Under the pieces are notes generated by a model. The model was not told the DNA's origin. It worked only from the letters and a program-made list of their open reading frames with translations, and searched no databases. A stretch of DNA of 64,000 nt, from NCBI GenBank assembly GCA_038245295.1, contig JBBRSP010000001.1, positions 256,001 through 320,000 of the forward strand, written 5' to 3'. Origin of the DNA: Candidatus Binatia bacterium. Lineage in GTDB: Bacteria; Desulfobacterota; Binatia; HRBIN30. Positions 52,720 to 62,105 of this stretch are shown here, in pieces. The stretch's first letter is position 1; every line of letters starts with the position of its first letter. A program made the translations under genes and the position numbers.

Positions 52720-53676
52720 TCACACGCGCGCAAGCGGATCGATGAGCACCTTCAGAACGCCGGGCTCCGACGCGCGGCGCAAGGCAGCGACGGCGTTGTT
52801 TAGGGCGAAACGATCGGAGATTAACGAAACAACATCGATGCCGCGGGCCAACCCTTCGACGGCGGGCGGGAAGCTGCCACAGCGCGAGCCGACGATGCTG
52901 ATCTCATTGATGACAACCGGTGCCAGGTTGAGGGACATGTTCCCGGCAACTGTGCTCTTCAACACCAGGGTGCCGCGTGGACGGGTGGCGGCGAGTGCCA
53001 TGGCGAAGCCCTCAGCGCTGCCGGTCGCCTCGACCACGAGATTGTTGGCGGCGCGGTTCCAGTCGTCAAATCTCACGGCGCAGATGCCGTGACGGCGCAG
53101 CAACGCCAGCTTGTTGTTGTGTTTACCAACCGCTGTGACCTTCGCTCCCGCCTGGTGCAGTACCTGGGCGATCAGCAGCCCGAGTTTGCCGTCGCCGAGA
53201 ACCGTGCACTCTATGCCGGGCTCGATGGCCACCTGTTCGAGGACTTCAAAGGCCGCCGCCAACGGCTCGGCGAATACCGCGACGTCGTCGCTGATGGAAT
53301 CCGGCACGGTGTGCAGGTTAGCCACCGGGACGGCGACGTATTCGGCGATGGCCCCGTCGGCCCCGAGGATACCCATCACCGTGCGCGTCGGGCAGTGACG
53401 TCCGAGGCCGCGGCGGCAGTAATCACATGTCTGACACGCAAAATTAATCTCGCCGACGACGCGCCGGCCGAGCCATCCGGCGGGACCACTCTCGACGACG
53501 CCGACGAACTCGTGCCCGAGGATGCCGCGGAAGCCCATATAGCCCTTGGCAATCTCCAGGTCGGTATTGCAGATCCCGGCAAGAGTCACGCGCACGACGG
53601 CCAGGTCGTCCGTCGCTGTAGGAACCGGCCGATCAACGACGGCCAGACGTGAACCATCCCATTCGAGCCCATGCAT
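52720..53676 (-). CDS. zinc-dependent medium-chain alcohol dehydrogenase
   Basis: GICNTD, GHEFVG, CQTCDYC..HC, GDGKLG. Confidence 0.9.
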   Translation of the reverse strand: MHGLEWDGSRLAVVDRPVPTATDDLAVVRVTLAGICNTDLEIAKGYMGFRGILGHEFVGVVESGPAGWLGRRVVGEINFACQTCDYCRRGLGRHCPTRTVMGILGADGAIAEYVAVPVANLHTVPDSISDDVAVFAEPLAAAFEVLEQVAIEPGIECTVLGDGKLGLLIAQVLHQAGAKVTAVGKHNNKLALLRRHGICAVRFDDWNRAANNLVVEATGSAEGFAMALAATRPRGTLVLKSTVAGNMSLNLAPVVINEISIVGSRCGSFPPAVEGLARGIDVVSLISDRFALNNAVAALRRASEPGVLKVLIDPLARV

Positions 53677-53693
53677 GGTGAGCAGAGTAGGGG

Positions 53694-53733
53694 GATTTGG
53701 CCGCTTTGTCATTTGGCCGCCTTGTCATTTTGC
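53694..53733. repeat. octamer tandem array (5 degenerate units)
   Basis: GATTTGGC CGCTTTGT CATTTGGC CGCCTTGT CATTTTGC. Confidence 0.75.
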
Positions 53734-53914
53734 CGAGTAGCACTGCCGCTGTGGTTCGACCGGTTCACCCAGGGGCACGTCTGATCGATCCCTGAGTCCG
53801 CTAGAGTGGACGCTGCTGACCGCTTTTTCCGCACCGCCAGACAATGCCGCCCTCGAAGTAGGCAGCAGTACACGATCGGCAGTCCCAGATCTCTACAGCA
53901 TGGTTCACTCGAGG

Positions 53915-53931
53915 TTGGCACGGCATTGGCA
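53915..53931 (+). promoter_or_regulatory. sigma54 (-24/-12) promoter
   Basis: TTGGCACGGCATTGGCA with GG-N10-GC spacing; one mismatch in the -12 element (TGGC). Confidence 0.7.
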
Positions 53932-53941
53932 ACAGTATCCA

Positions 53942-54058
53942 TCAGCTACAACCCGCCGGTTGTGCTGCTCACCGTTCGGCCGGAGGACTTGACCCCCTCC
54001 TTAGTGCGAGTCCTCCGGCCGAACATCCCACCTGCTCTGACGATTCAGACGTTTCCTT
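53942..54058 (+). ncRNA. candidate structured sRNA or ompA 5' leader (three stem-loops)
   Basis: SL1 53943-53967; SL2 53974-54024 with a perfect 16-bp stem; SL3 54036-54049; begins at the predicted sigma54 +1. Confidence 0.5.
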
Positions 54059-54164
54059 GACTTGATTGGCCACTGTTAGAAGGTTACCCGACGCTCAACG
54101 CGGGCCGGCGTGTCTTCCTTGGAGTCGTTGGTCCGCACAACCGAGCTTCTGAAGGAGGAGAGTC

Positions 54165-55187
54165 ATGGTAAGTCACGGCTTGCGGCGTTGGGTCACACGA
54201 GTGCTCAGCGGGGTGGCGTTGCTCGGGCTGTCCACGGCAGCAATGGCGGTCGACGGGCCGTACCTGGGTGTCGATGTCGGCGCTTCGATCCCAACCAACA
54301 TAAACTATCGGGCTCACGCCGAAGCAGGGGTCACCGGCAATCCCTACGCCGGGTATATGTTCAACGACTATCTCGGTTTGCAGGGCCAGATGCACTTCAC
54401 CACCCAAGACGTAGACAATCACCCGCGTCGCTACTTTCCCGGCGAAAATGAGTGGACGACGCTGGGCGGCCTGACCGCCGGGCCGCGGCTGCAGATTCCC
54501 ATGGGTGATGAGCTCGAGCTTTACACGACCTTCCAGGGCGGTGGATTCACCGGGCTCTCGGGGCGCCTCAACGGTACCGCCCCCGGTTTCTCTCTTGGCG
54601 GCGGCTTTGATTACTACCTGACGGAGCATATCGCCGTTGGCCTGTTCGGTCGCTGGAACCGCGCGTATATGTCGCCCCATCCAACCCAGCTCCAGTACCT
54701 TGCTGCCGACCAGCAGGGCCCATCCGACATCCGTTGGGCAACCGGCGGTATTGGCCTCAAGTATCGCTTCAATGCCCCCGACCACTCGATTGCCAAGGCG
54801 CCGCCGCCGCCGGCCCCGGCTCCGGCCGTGGTGCCGCCGCCGCCGGCCAAGAAGAAGATCATTCTCCGTGGTGTCAACTTCGATACCAACAAGGCGGTAA
54901 TCCGTAAGGACGCGGCGCTCATTCTCGACGAAGCCGCGCTGGTGCTCGGATCTGAAAAGACGGTCGGAGTGCAGGTCGTCGGTCACACCGATAGTCGGGC
55001 CAGTGATGCGTACAACCTGACGCTCTCGGAACGCCGCGCCGAGGCCGTGCGCGACTACCTGGTGAAGAGGAAGATCGGCGCCGCGCGTCTGACAACCAAG
55101 GGTATGGGCGAATCGCAGCCGGTGGCGAGCAACGATAGCGATGAAGGAATGGCGCAAAACCGACGGGTCGAGCTGCTCGTCGAATAA
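54165..55187 (+). CDS. OmpA-family outer membrane protein (beta-barrel, Pro linker, peptidoglycan-binding domain)
   Basis: signal peptide, GVNFDTNK, GHTDS, YNLTLSERRAEAV, NRRVE; AAGGAGG SD. Confidence 0.92.
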   Translation: MVSHGLRRWVTRVLSGVALLGLSTAAMAVDGPYLGVDVGASIPTNINYRAHAEAGVTGNPYAGYMFNDYLGLQGQMHFTTQDVDNHPRRYFPGENEWTTLGGLTAGPRLQIPMGDELELYTTFQGGGFTGLSGRLNGTAPGFSLGGGFDYYLTEHIAVGLFGRWNRAYMSPHPTQLQYLAADQQGPSDIRWATGGIGLKYRFNAPDHSIAKAPPPPAPAPAVVPPPPAKKKIILRGVNFDTNKAVIRKDAALILDEAALVLGSEKTVGVQVVGHTDSRASDAYNLTLSERRAEAVRDYLVKRKIGAARLTTKGMGESQPVASNDSDEGMAQNRRVELLVE

Positions 55188-55264
55188 ATCTGTGGTGGGG
55201 CGCGACCTTCGATCCATCCGCAGCGCCGGCGCCTGCGTGACAGATTGGAGATCGCGTCCCAGCC

Positions 55265-57034
55265 TTACTTACCCGCCATCGCCGTCAGCAAACGGCGCAC
55301 CGCCCCCGCGGTTGGCTCCGCTAATCCGTCCGCCAACGCCATTTCGAACTGCTTTCGCGCCGCCTCGCGCTGCCCGAGAGCCTGCAGCGATTGTCCCAGG
55401 CCGACGCGGATTTCCGGCCCGTGTGGATTGAGATCGAGAGCGCTCTGGAAGCGGCGGCGAGCGCTTTCTCCCAGACGTTGTTGCTCCTCGTCGGTGGTTG
55501 CCGCCAGGGCGCGCTGCAAGGCGATGATGCCGAGGTTGTAGAGCACTTCGGATTCGGGCTGAATCGCCGCGGCCTGTTCGTAGAGCTTCTGTGCCTCGTC
55601 GAGATTCTGCTCCTGCAAGGCCAGACTGCCGAGGTTGTTGAACAGGACGTAGCGACCGCGCGCGTCGTTGCGGCGAGTCAGTGCCTGCTTGAACAGCTCG
55701 GTGGCGCGTCGGCGATCGCCTTGGTCGATGTAGGCACTGGCCAGACTGCGCAGCGGTAAGGCGTCGGTCTGATTCTTGGCCGCCGTGTCGGTCCACAACG
55801 CCATGTTGCTGGCCCAGACGCGGTTGCGGGCGATCGTCGCCATCGATCCCAGTGCGACGACCAGGGCGATCCCTGTCACGAAGCCGATCTCTGCAGCTCT
55901 GCTCGGCCAGCGCCGCAAGCTCTCGCCGACTCCCCAACCGACGAGCAGGCAGAAGGCGATCGACGGAATGTAGAGATAACGTTCGGCCACCGGCGCGGCG
56001 GGGATCTTGACGACGATGGCCAACGACGGGGCAATCGCCAGAAACAGCCAGGTGAGGAGGAAGGTGACGCGGCGGTCCCGCGACCAACTCCAGGCCGCAG
56101 CGACCAACGCCGCGGCGATGCCCAGGACACACGCCAGCAGGGCAAGAGGCGATGTCTCAAGGTCGGAGATGTAGGCGGATTGCTGAATGGGCAGCATCAG
56201 GTTGCGCAAGTAGAAGCCGACCGCCGCGAGAATCTTCATGGGCGTTTCGCTGTCGATCGCCGCCGGCGTGCCGCCCGCGACGCTGGTCAATACGATCGAG
56301 CGTAGCGTCAGGTAGGCGGCGGCGGCGATGCCGCAGGCCACGGCGTACGGCTGCCAGCGTCGCTCGTCGGGGCCGAGCCAGGCGACGGCCAGGGGAAGCA
56401 GGACAACCGATGGGAACGCCGTCTCCTTGGCGAGCAGACCAAGGAAAACCAGGCTTGCCGCAACCCACGCAACCCATGGTGCTCGCGCCCGCGGATCGAG
56501 GGCTAGATTCAGCGCCGCCAGCGGGCCGAGAGCCGCCAGTACATCCGATCGCCCCGATGCCCAGGCCACCGATTCACTATGGATCGGATGCACGGCGAAC
56601 AGGGCGGCTGCGGCGGTTGCCGCCCACACCCCACGTCGCTCGCGCCCGAACAGCAGCACGCCGAGGCGCCAGACCAGCAGGCTGACAAGGGCGTTGTAGA
56701 AAACGACCGACACGTGGAAGGCGCGTGGCCCCGTTCCCGAGATGGAGCGATCGAGCAGGTACGACAGAGTTGTCAGGGGACGATAGTAGTCGGGGCTGTA
56801 CTGCGGGATGTCGCGCGGCGGAAAGAAGACCGTGCCGACGTTCTTGAAGACGTCGAGCTGACGGTCGAGGACGATCGGGTCGTCCCAGACGTGGCCGTTG
56901 CCGAAGGCGTTTGCATAAACACCAACGGCCAACAGGATGACGCAGGCGGCCGGCCACCACGGAGTGTCCGTGGTGGCCCGGCTCTCTACGATGGGTTGTC
57001 GCTGCTTGGCGGGCTTGCTGTCTCGGCTGCGCAC
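55265..57034 (-). CDS. second TMTC-like multi-TM glycosyltransferase with TPRs
   Basis: VWDD, YYRPLT, LFAVHPIHSESVAWASGRSD, AKE, AERYLYIPS, RNRVW; TPRs; start uncertain. Confidence 0.85.
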   Translation of the reverse strand: MRSRDSKPAKQRQPIVESRATTDTPWWPAACVILLAVGVYANAFGNGHVWDDPIVLDRQLDVFKNVGTVFFPPRDIPQYSPDYYRPLTTLSYLLDRSISGTGPRAFHVSVVFYNALVSLLVWRLGVLLFGRERRGVWAATAAAALFAVHPIHSESVAWASGRSDVLAALGPLAALNLALDPRARAPWVAWVAASLVFLGLLAKETAFPSVVLLPLAVAWLGPDERRWQPYAVACGIAAAAYLTLRSIVLTSVAGGTPAAIDSETPMKILAAVGFYLRNLMLPIQQSAYISDLETSPLALLACVLGIAAALVAAAWSWSRDRRVTFLLTWLFLAIAPSLAIVVKIPAAPVAERYLYIPSIAFCLLVGWGVGESLRRWPSRAAEIGFVTGIALVVALGSMATIARNRVWASNMALWTDTAAKNQTDALPLRSLASAYIDQGDRRRATELFKQALTRRNDARGRYVLFNNLGSLALQEQNLDEAQKLYEQAAAIQPESEVLYNLGIIALQRALAATTDEEQQRLGESARRRFQSALDLNPHGPEIRVGLGQSLQALGQREAARKQFEMALADGLAEPTAGAVRRLLTAMAGK

Positions 57035-58356
57035 GCGGCACCCGGGCCGATCTTCGCTTCGTCGAGATTGCCGACCACGACCATCACGAGCTCCTCGGGC
57101 CGCAGATACTGGCGCGCGGCGCGGTGAACGTCCTCTTTCGTGACCGCGTTGACACGTTCGGCGTATCGATCGGTATAGTCGCTTCCGAGCCCGTAGAACT
57201 CCACCTGCCCGAGGAAGCCAGCCACCTTGGAGTTGGTGTCGAGGCGCAGCGGAAAACTACCGGTCAAGTAAAGTTTGGCGTTGGCCAGATCTTCATCCGT
57301 GACCAGCTCGTCGCGCATACGTTGGACTTCGGCGCACGTCTTGCGGATCGCGTCGGCCGCCGAAGCATTCTTGGTCTGCATGACGATCTGAAAGGCACCT
57401 GGAGATTGGTTTACCGAGAATCCGCTGCTCACCGAGTAGGCGAGGCCGCCTTTGACACGCACACTTTCCATCAGCCGCGACGTGAAGCCGCCGCCGCCGA
57501 AGATAAAATTCATCATGTTGGCGGCGAAGTAGTCGGGACTACTGCGCTCGATGCCGCGGTGCCCGAGGATGATGTTTGTCTGCGTTAGCGGCTTGTTGAT
57601 GGTCAACGTCTGCGGCGCGGCGGCGCGTCGTTCCCCATATTGAAAAGGGGCGGTCGTATTCGGCTTCCAGGCGGCGAAGAGGGTTTCGAGACGTGCGGCC
57701 ATCTCGTCCGCGGTTGTATCCCCGGCGACACTGATGATGGCTCCGTTGGGCCGATAGAAATCATGATGGAAGGCGACGACGTCGCGGCGCGTCAGGGCGG
57801 CCACCGACTTCAGCGATCCCTGCCCGGGATGACCGTACGGTTCGCCGGCGAAGACGGTCTCGACAAAGCGGCGCCCCGCCACCTGTCCCGGTTGGTCCTC
57901 TTCCGCGTGCAACCCGGCCAAAGCGGCTTCGCGACGGCGATTTACTTCCGCGTCGGCAAAGGTCGGTCGCAACAAGACGTCGGCAAGCAGGCCCAGGCCG
58001 GTATCGAGATCCTTCTTGAGGACGACGAGTGTGGTGGTGGCGAAGTCTTCGTCGGTTCCCGATGAGATCGCGGCGCCGAGGGAATCGATGGCGTCGTGGA
58101 TCTCGGCGGCTGTGCGTTTACCGGCGCCCTCGGTGAGCAAATCGGCGGTCAGGTTGGCGACGCCGTCCTTGCCGGCGGGGTCGCGGCGTGTGCCCGCTTC
58201 GAGGATCACCTGGGTAACGACCATCGGCAGGCTCGGCTGCGCCGAGACGAGCAGAATGCTGCCGTTCGACAACGTGCGTCGCTCGAAGGGCAGCGCCGAA
58301 GCGATTCGGCTCACGGCCATCAGGGCCAGGGCAAGGATGCAGATGCGACTGCGCAT
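56986..58356 (-). CDS. M16 peptidase, non-catalytic subunit
   Basis: M16 fold motifs (GGGGFTSRL, RVKGGLAY) without HxxEH; signal peptide. Confidence 0.88.
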   Translation of the reverse strand: MRSRICILALALMAVSRIASALPFERRTLSNGSILLVSAQPSLPMVVTQVILEAGTRRDPAGKDGVANLTADLLTEGAGKRTAAEIHDAIDSLGAAISSGTDEDFATTTLVVLKKDLDTGLGLLADVLLRPTFADAEVNRRREAALAGLHAEEDQPGQVAGRRFVETVFAGEPYGHPGQGSLKSVAALTRRDVVAFHHDFYRPNGAIISVAGDTTADEMAARLETLFAAWKPNTTAPFQYGERRAAAPQTLTINKPLTQTNIILGHRGIERSSPDYFAANMMNFIFGGGGFTSRLMESVRVKGGLAYSVSSGFSVNQSPGAFQIVMQTKNASAADAIRKTCAEVQRMRDELVTDEDLANAKLYLTGSFPLRLDTNSKVAGFLGQVEFYGLGSDYTDRYAERVNAVTKEDVHRAARQYLRPEELVMVVVGNLDEAKIGPGAACAAETASPPSSDNPS

Positions 58357-59744
58357 TAGTGTAGCCTCCCCATCGGTGGTGCTGCCGGAGGCAGTGGCCG
58401 GTCCTTGCTCGGTGGAAGTGGATCGAGCACGCCCACCGTGCGGTTTTCCGTCGTCAGATACTTCTGCGCCACGCGCGCGACGTCGTCGGCGGTGACGGCA
58501 CGAACGCGCGGCAGGTACTCATCGATCTGCTTCCAGCCGCCGGCGATCTCGTATTGCGCCAGCATCATCGCTTTGTAGAACTGCGAGTCCTGAGCGAGGA
58601 CGAAGCCCGCCTCGATGCCTTGTTTGGCCTTCTGCAACTCGGCCGCGGTTACCGCGCCTTTGGCAGTCTTAATCAATTCGACTTCCACCAGCAGCGACTT
58701 TTCGACCGCGGCGGCCGTCTTCCCAGGCAGAGGTTGGCCGTGAACGATGAACAGATTGGGATCGGCCGAGGTGTACTGGTAGTCGGTGCCGGCTTCGCGC
58801 GCGATGCGTTGCTCATACACCAGGCGCTTGTGCAGGCGCGTGCTCTCGCCGCCGGCGAGGACGGCGGACAGGACTTCCAGAGCCGGCGCGTCGGCGTCCT
58901 TCAGATTGGGGACGTGATAGGCCATTGCCACGAACGGCAATTGCGCCTCGCGCCGCAAGGAGAGACGCCGTTCGCCTTGCTGCGGCGGTTCGACGGCACG
59001 CACCGCCGGCGCTTGTTGGCCGGCCGGAATGCTGCCGAACTGCGCTTCGATTTCCTTCAAGAGCTCGTCGCTGTTGAAATCACCGACGCTGACGATGAAC
59101 GCATTGGCGGGCGCGTAATACAGGCGGTAATGGGCGAGGGCGTCTTCGCGGGTTGCCTGGCGCAGGTCACCCATCCAGCCGATGACGGGCCATTCATAGG
59201 GATGGGCGGTGAACGCGGTGGCGGACAGGGATTCGAACAGAGCGGCGGTCGGATTATCTTCGGTGCGCAGCCGGCGTTCCTCGATGACCACCTGAAGCTC
59301 CGGACCGAAATGCGCGTCGTCGAAGCTCAGGTTGTGCATGCGGTCGGCTTCGAGCTCGATCAGCACCGGCAAGCGATCACTGGCAATGTTGGCGAAGTAC
59401 GCCGTGTTGTCATTGGCCGTGAAGGCGTTCTCGTTGCCGCCGTTGCGTTGGATGATGCGCGAGTATTCCTCGGGGCCGTGTTTCTCGGTGCCTTTGAACA
59501 TCAAATGTTCGAGCAGATGCGATAGGCCGGTCTTGCCGAGCTCTTCATTGCGCGAGCCGACGCGATACCAGACTTGAAAGGTCGATACCCCGGCTTTGTG
59601 GTCTTCGAGCAACAACACCTTCATTCCGTTGGCGAGCTGATGTTCCTTGACGCGACTGCTGTAGTCGAGATCGGCCGAGGCGATGCGCGCCACAAACAGG
59701 AGCGCCGCGGCGACAACCGCGGCGCATTGGTACGTCTTGTACAT
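58356..59744 (-). CDS. M16 zinc peptidase, catalytic subunit
   Basis: GLSHLLEHLMFKGT (HxxEH), NAFT; signal peptide. Confidence 0.92.
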   Translation of the reverse strand: MYKTYQCAAVVAAALLFVARIASADLDYSSRVKEHQLANGMKVLLLEDHKAGVSTFQVWYRVGSRNEELGKTGLSHLLEHLMFKGTEKHGPEEYSRIIQRNGGNENAFTANDNTAYFANIASDRLPVLIELEADRMHNLSFDDAHFGPELQVVIEERRLRTEDNPTAALFESLSATAFTAHPYEWPVIGWMGDLRQATREDALAHYRLYYAPANAFIVSVGDFNSDELLKEIEAQFGSIPAGQQAPAVRAVEPPQQGERRLSLRREAQLPFVAMAYHVPNLKDADAPALEVLSAVLAGGESTRLHKRLVYEQRIAREAGTDYQYTSADPNLFIVHGQPLPGKTAAAVEKSLLVEVELIKTAKGAVTAAELQKAKQGIEAGFVLAQDSQFYKAMMLAQYEIAGGWKQIDEYLPRVRAVTADDVARVAQKYLTTENRTVGVLDPLPPSKDRPLPPAAPPMGRLH

Positions 59745-59783
59745 GGGGAGGCGGGTAGCAGCAGCCCGTGGCAAAGACAATTC

Positions 59784-60389
59784 TCAAGGCTGGGACAGAA
59801 CCTGATGCACGTCTTTCTGTAGGGCCTCTGACAGGTGCTGCAGATCGCGACTCAACGCTGCTACCAGCGCGTGGGGCTGGTTACAGGCGATCGACTCTTC
59901 GAAGCGGTAAGGAAGCTCGGCGACGTAGGTGGCGGGTTTCGGTAGCTGCTGACGCACCACACTGACACGGCCTACGAGGACCGCGCTGCAGCCAACAGCC
60001 TGCGATTGTTCCTCTAGGGTGTCGATGTAGACGGCAATCTCGAAATCGGCAGGCACGCTGCCGAGCGTCGCTTGCACACCGCGATAAACATTGGAGGCGA
60101 TCAGATCACGCACCAGGATGTCGTGAACGAGCGCCCCAGGTGCGGCGGACCAGCGGTGGTAATGATACGAGTCGCCGGTGAACGGCCCGGTACGGTAGGC
60201 AATTGGTTCGCGATCGTAGGCGGCGGCGACGTCGACATTGCTGAGGCGGAGCACGAACGGAAGTTTGGCGAGCCCGAGTGCCGGCGCTTCGTAGTCGAAA
60301 CGGTAGCGTTCGACATGCGGCGCCGGCTGCGCCAGTTGAACGCAGCCCGCGAGGCCGAGAGCTGCCAGCGCAACAACGAACCGCTTCAC
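59784..60389 (-). CDS. ABC transport auxiliary lipoprotein (PqiC-like)
   Basis: lipobox LAGC; YHRWSAAP; last gene of the MCE cluster. Confidence 0.8.
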   Translation of the reverse strand: MKRFVVALAALGLAGCVQLAQPAPHVERYRFDYEAPALGLAKLPFVLRLSNVDVAAAYDREPIAYRTGPFTGDSYHYHRWSAAPGALVHDILVRDLIASNVYRGVQATLGSVPADFEIAVYIDTLEEQSQAVGCSAVLVGRVSVVRQQLPKPATYVAELPYRFEESIACNQPHALVAALSRDLQHLSEALQKDVHQVLSQP

Positions 60390-61327
60390 GGCTGTTCTCC
60401 TTCCAGGCGGCGCGGCTCAGGCGGTGAGCCGAACAGCAGGCGCGACGGCTGGCCGCGTAGCTCGTCGGTCAGGCCACGCAGGTTGGCGGTCGTGCGATCC
60501 ACTTGTTGCAGCGTACGTTGCATCTCGACCACAGCATTCTGTGCTGACAGGATGAGTTGTCCGAGCTGCGCTACCGTGTCGGCCATCTTTTGACCATTGA
60601 GATTGCGATGTAGGTCATCGACCACCAAGGACGCCTGTTGGCTTGCGTGAGTGGCACTGGTGATCATCGGCGCGAGATCGATGCCGTGGGTGATGCGTTG
60701 GAGATTCTCCGCCGTGGCGCGTGTGGCGTCGGTCGTCGATTGCAGATTGGTCAGCAGCGCATCGATGCGTTGATCCTGCATGACCTTGGAGGCGGCTTGC
60801 AACGCCTCGCGGGTGTCGTTGGAGATTCCGGCGAAGTCGATCTTCATGATCTTGTCGTAAACATCGGTCAGGGCCGCCTGCACGGCCTTGAAGCTCGACC
60901 GGGCCGACGGGATCATCGCGGTAGGTGGCTTGAAGGTCAGCGGCGGCGCCTGGTTGAGCGCGTCGCCGGTGCGTCGATCAATTTCGATGTAGCGTAAACC
61001 GGTGATACCGCTGAGCTCAAGGGTGGCGCGCAGTGTGTCGTCCCCTTTCAGGGCCTTGGCAGTCTCGACCTTGATATCCATGCGCACCTCGATCAGTTCG
61101 TTGTCGGGCGCGATGGTGATCGTGTCGACGCGGCCCGCCGGTACGCCCCGGTATTTGACCGCTGAGCCGCTGTCGAGACCTTGCACCGACTCGCCGAAGT
61201 AGGTGACGAAATGTACGGTGTCCTCGAAGAATCGCGTCGCGCCGACCCAGATGGTGCCGACGACACCGATGACGACGGCGGCGATGACGAAGATGCCGAC
61301 CTGGAACTTATGCGCTTCGGTGGCCAA
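60386..61327 (-). CDS. MCE/MlaD-family substrate-binding protein with helical extension
   Basis: N-terminal TM, ESVQGLDSGSAVKYRGVPAGRV, GITGLRYIEI; TTG start inferred. Confidence 0.9.
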   Translation of the reverse strand: MATEAHKFQVGIFVIAAVVIGVVGTIWVGATRFFEDTVHFVTYFGESVQGLDSGSAVKYRGVPAGRVDTITIAPDNELIEVRMDIKVETAKALKGDDTLRATLELSGITGLRYIEIDRRTGDALNQAPPLTFKPPTAMIPSARSSFKAVQAALTDVYDKIMKIDFAGISNDTREALQAASKVMQDQRIDALLTNLQSTTDATRATAENLQRITHGIDLAPMITSATHASQQASLVVDDLHRNLNGQKMADTVAQLGQLILSAQNAVVEMQRTLQQVDRTTANLRGLTDELRGQPSRLLFGSPPEPRRLEGEQP

Positions 61328-62105
61328 TGGTGGATCTCCTGGCTTGGAAGGACTCGCCCGGCAAGCGGTTGAAAAAAGCATGCACGCGCGGATCGGATGA
61401 GCTGTCGCGCAGCTCCTCCGGCTTCCCCGTGGCGATGATTTTATGTGTCTCTCCGTCGAGCATGATGGCGCGTTCGGCGATGCCGAAAATACTCGCCAGT
61501 TCGTGTGATACCACGACGATCGTCGTGCCCAGGCTGCGGTTGATTTGCAAGATGAGCTCGTCGAGCTCGACCGAGGTGATCGGGTCGAGCCCAGCCGACG
61601 GTTCGTCGAAGAAAAGAATGCCCGGGTCGAGCGCCATGGCGCGAGCCAGGCCGGCACGTTTCTTCATGCCGCCGGACAATTCGGCGATGCGGAATTCCTC
61701 GTAGCCGTCGAGCTTGACCATGCCGAGCTTCAAGCGGACCAGGAGATCGATCATACGGCGTGGCAGGGTTGTGTACTCCTCCAGTGCCAAGGCGATGTTT
61801 TGCCCCAAGCTCAAAGACCCGAATAGGGCCCCGGCCTGAAACAAGACTCCGAATTTGCGCCGGATGCGCAGCAGGTCAGTATCGGTGGCGGCACCGACTT
61901 CGTCGCCGTCGAGCCAAACGTGCCCGGAGATCGGTTTCTGCAAGCCGATGAGATGACGAAGCAGGGTTGTCTTGCCACATCCCGAGCCGCCGACGATGAC
62001 GAATCGTTCACCGCGCTGTACCTCGAAGCTGATGTCGTCGAGGATGGTGCGGGTGTCGTAACCAGCCACCAGGTTTTCAACGCGTATGATCGGTTCGGTT
62101 GGCAT
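61308..62105 (-). CDS. MlaF-like ABC ATPase
   Basis: GGSGCGKT, LSGGMKKRAGLARA, FDEPSAGLDP. Confidence 0.92.
   Translation of the reverse strand: MPTEPIIRVENLVAGYDTRTILDDISFEVQRGERFVIVGGSGCGKTTLLRHLIGLQKPISGHVWLDGDEVGAATDTDLLRIRRKFGVLFQAGALFGSLSLGQNIALALEEYTTLPRRMIDLLVRLKLGMVKLDGYEEFRIAELSGGMKKRAGLARAMALDPGILFFDEPSAGLDPITSVELDELILQINRSLGTTIVVVSHELASIFGIAERAIMLDGETHKIIATGKPEELRDSSSDPRVHAFFNRLPGESFQARRSTIGHRSA

Noticed and set aside
54057..54085. Separate sigma70 promoter for ompA (TTGACT)
   Set aside because: No convincing -10 element at 16-18 nt spacing
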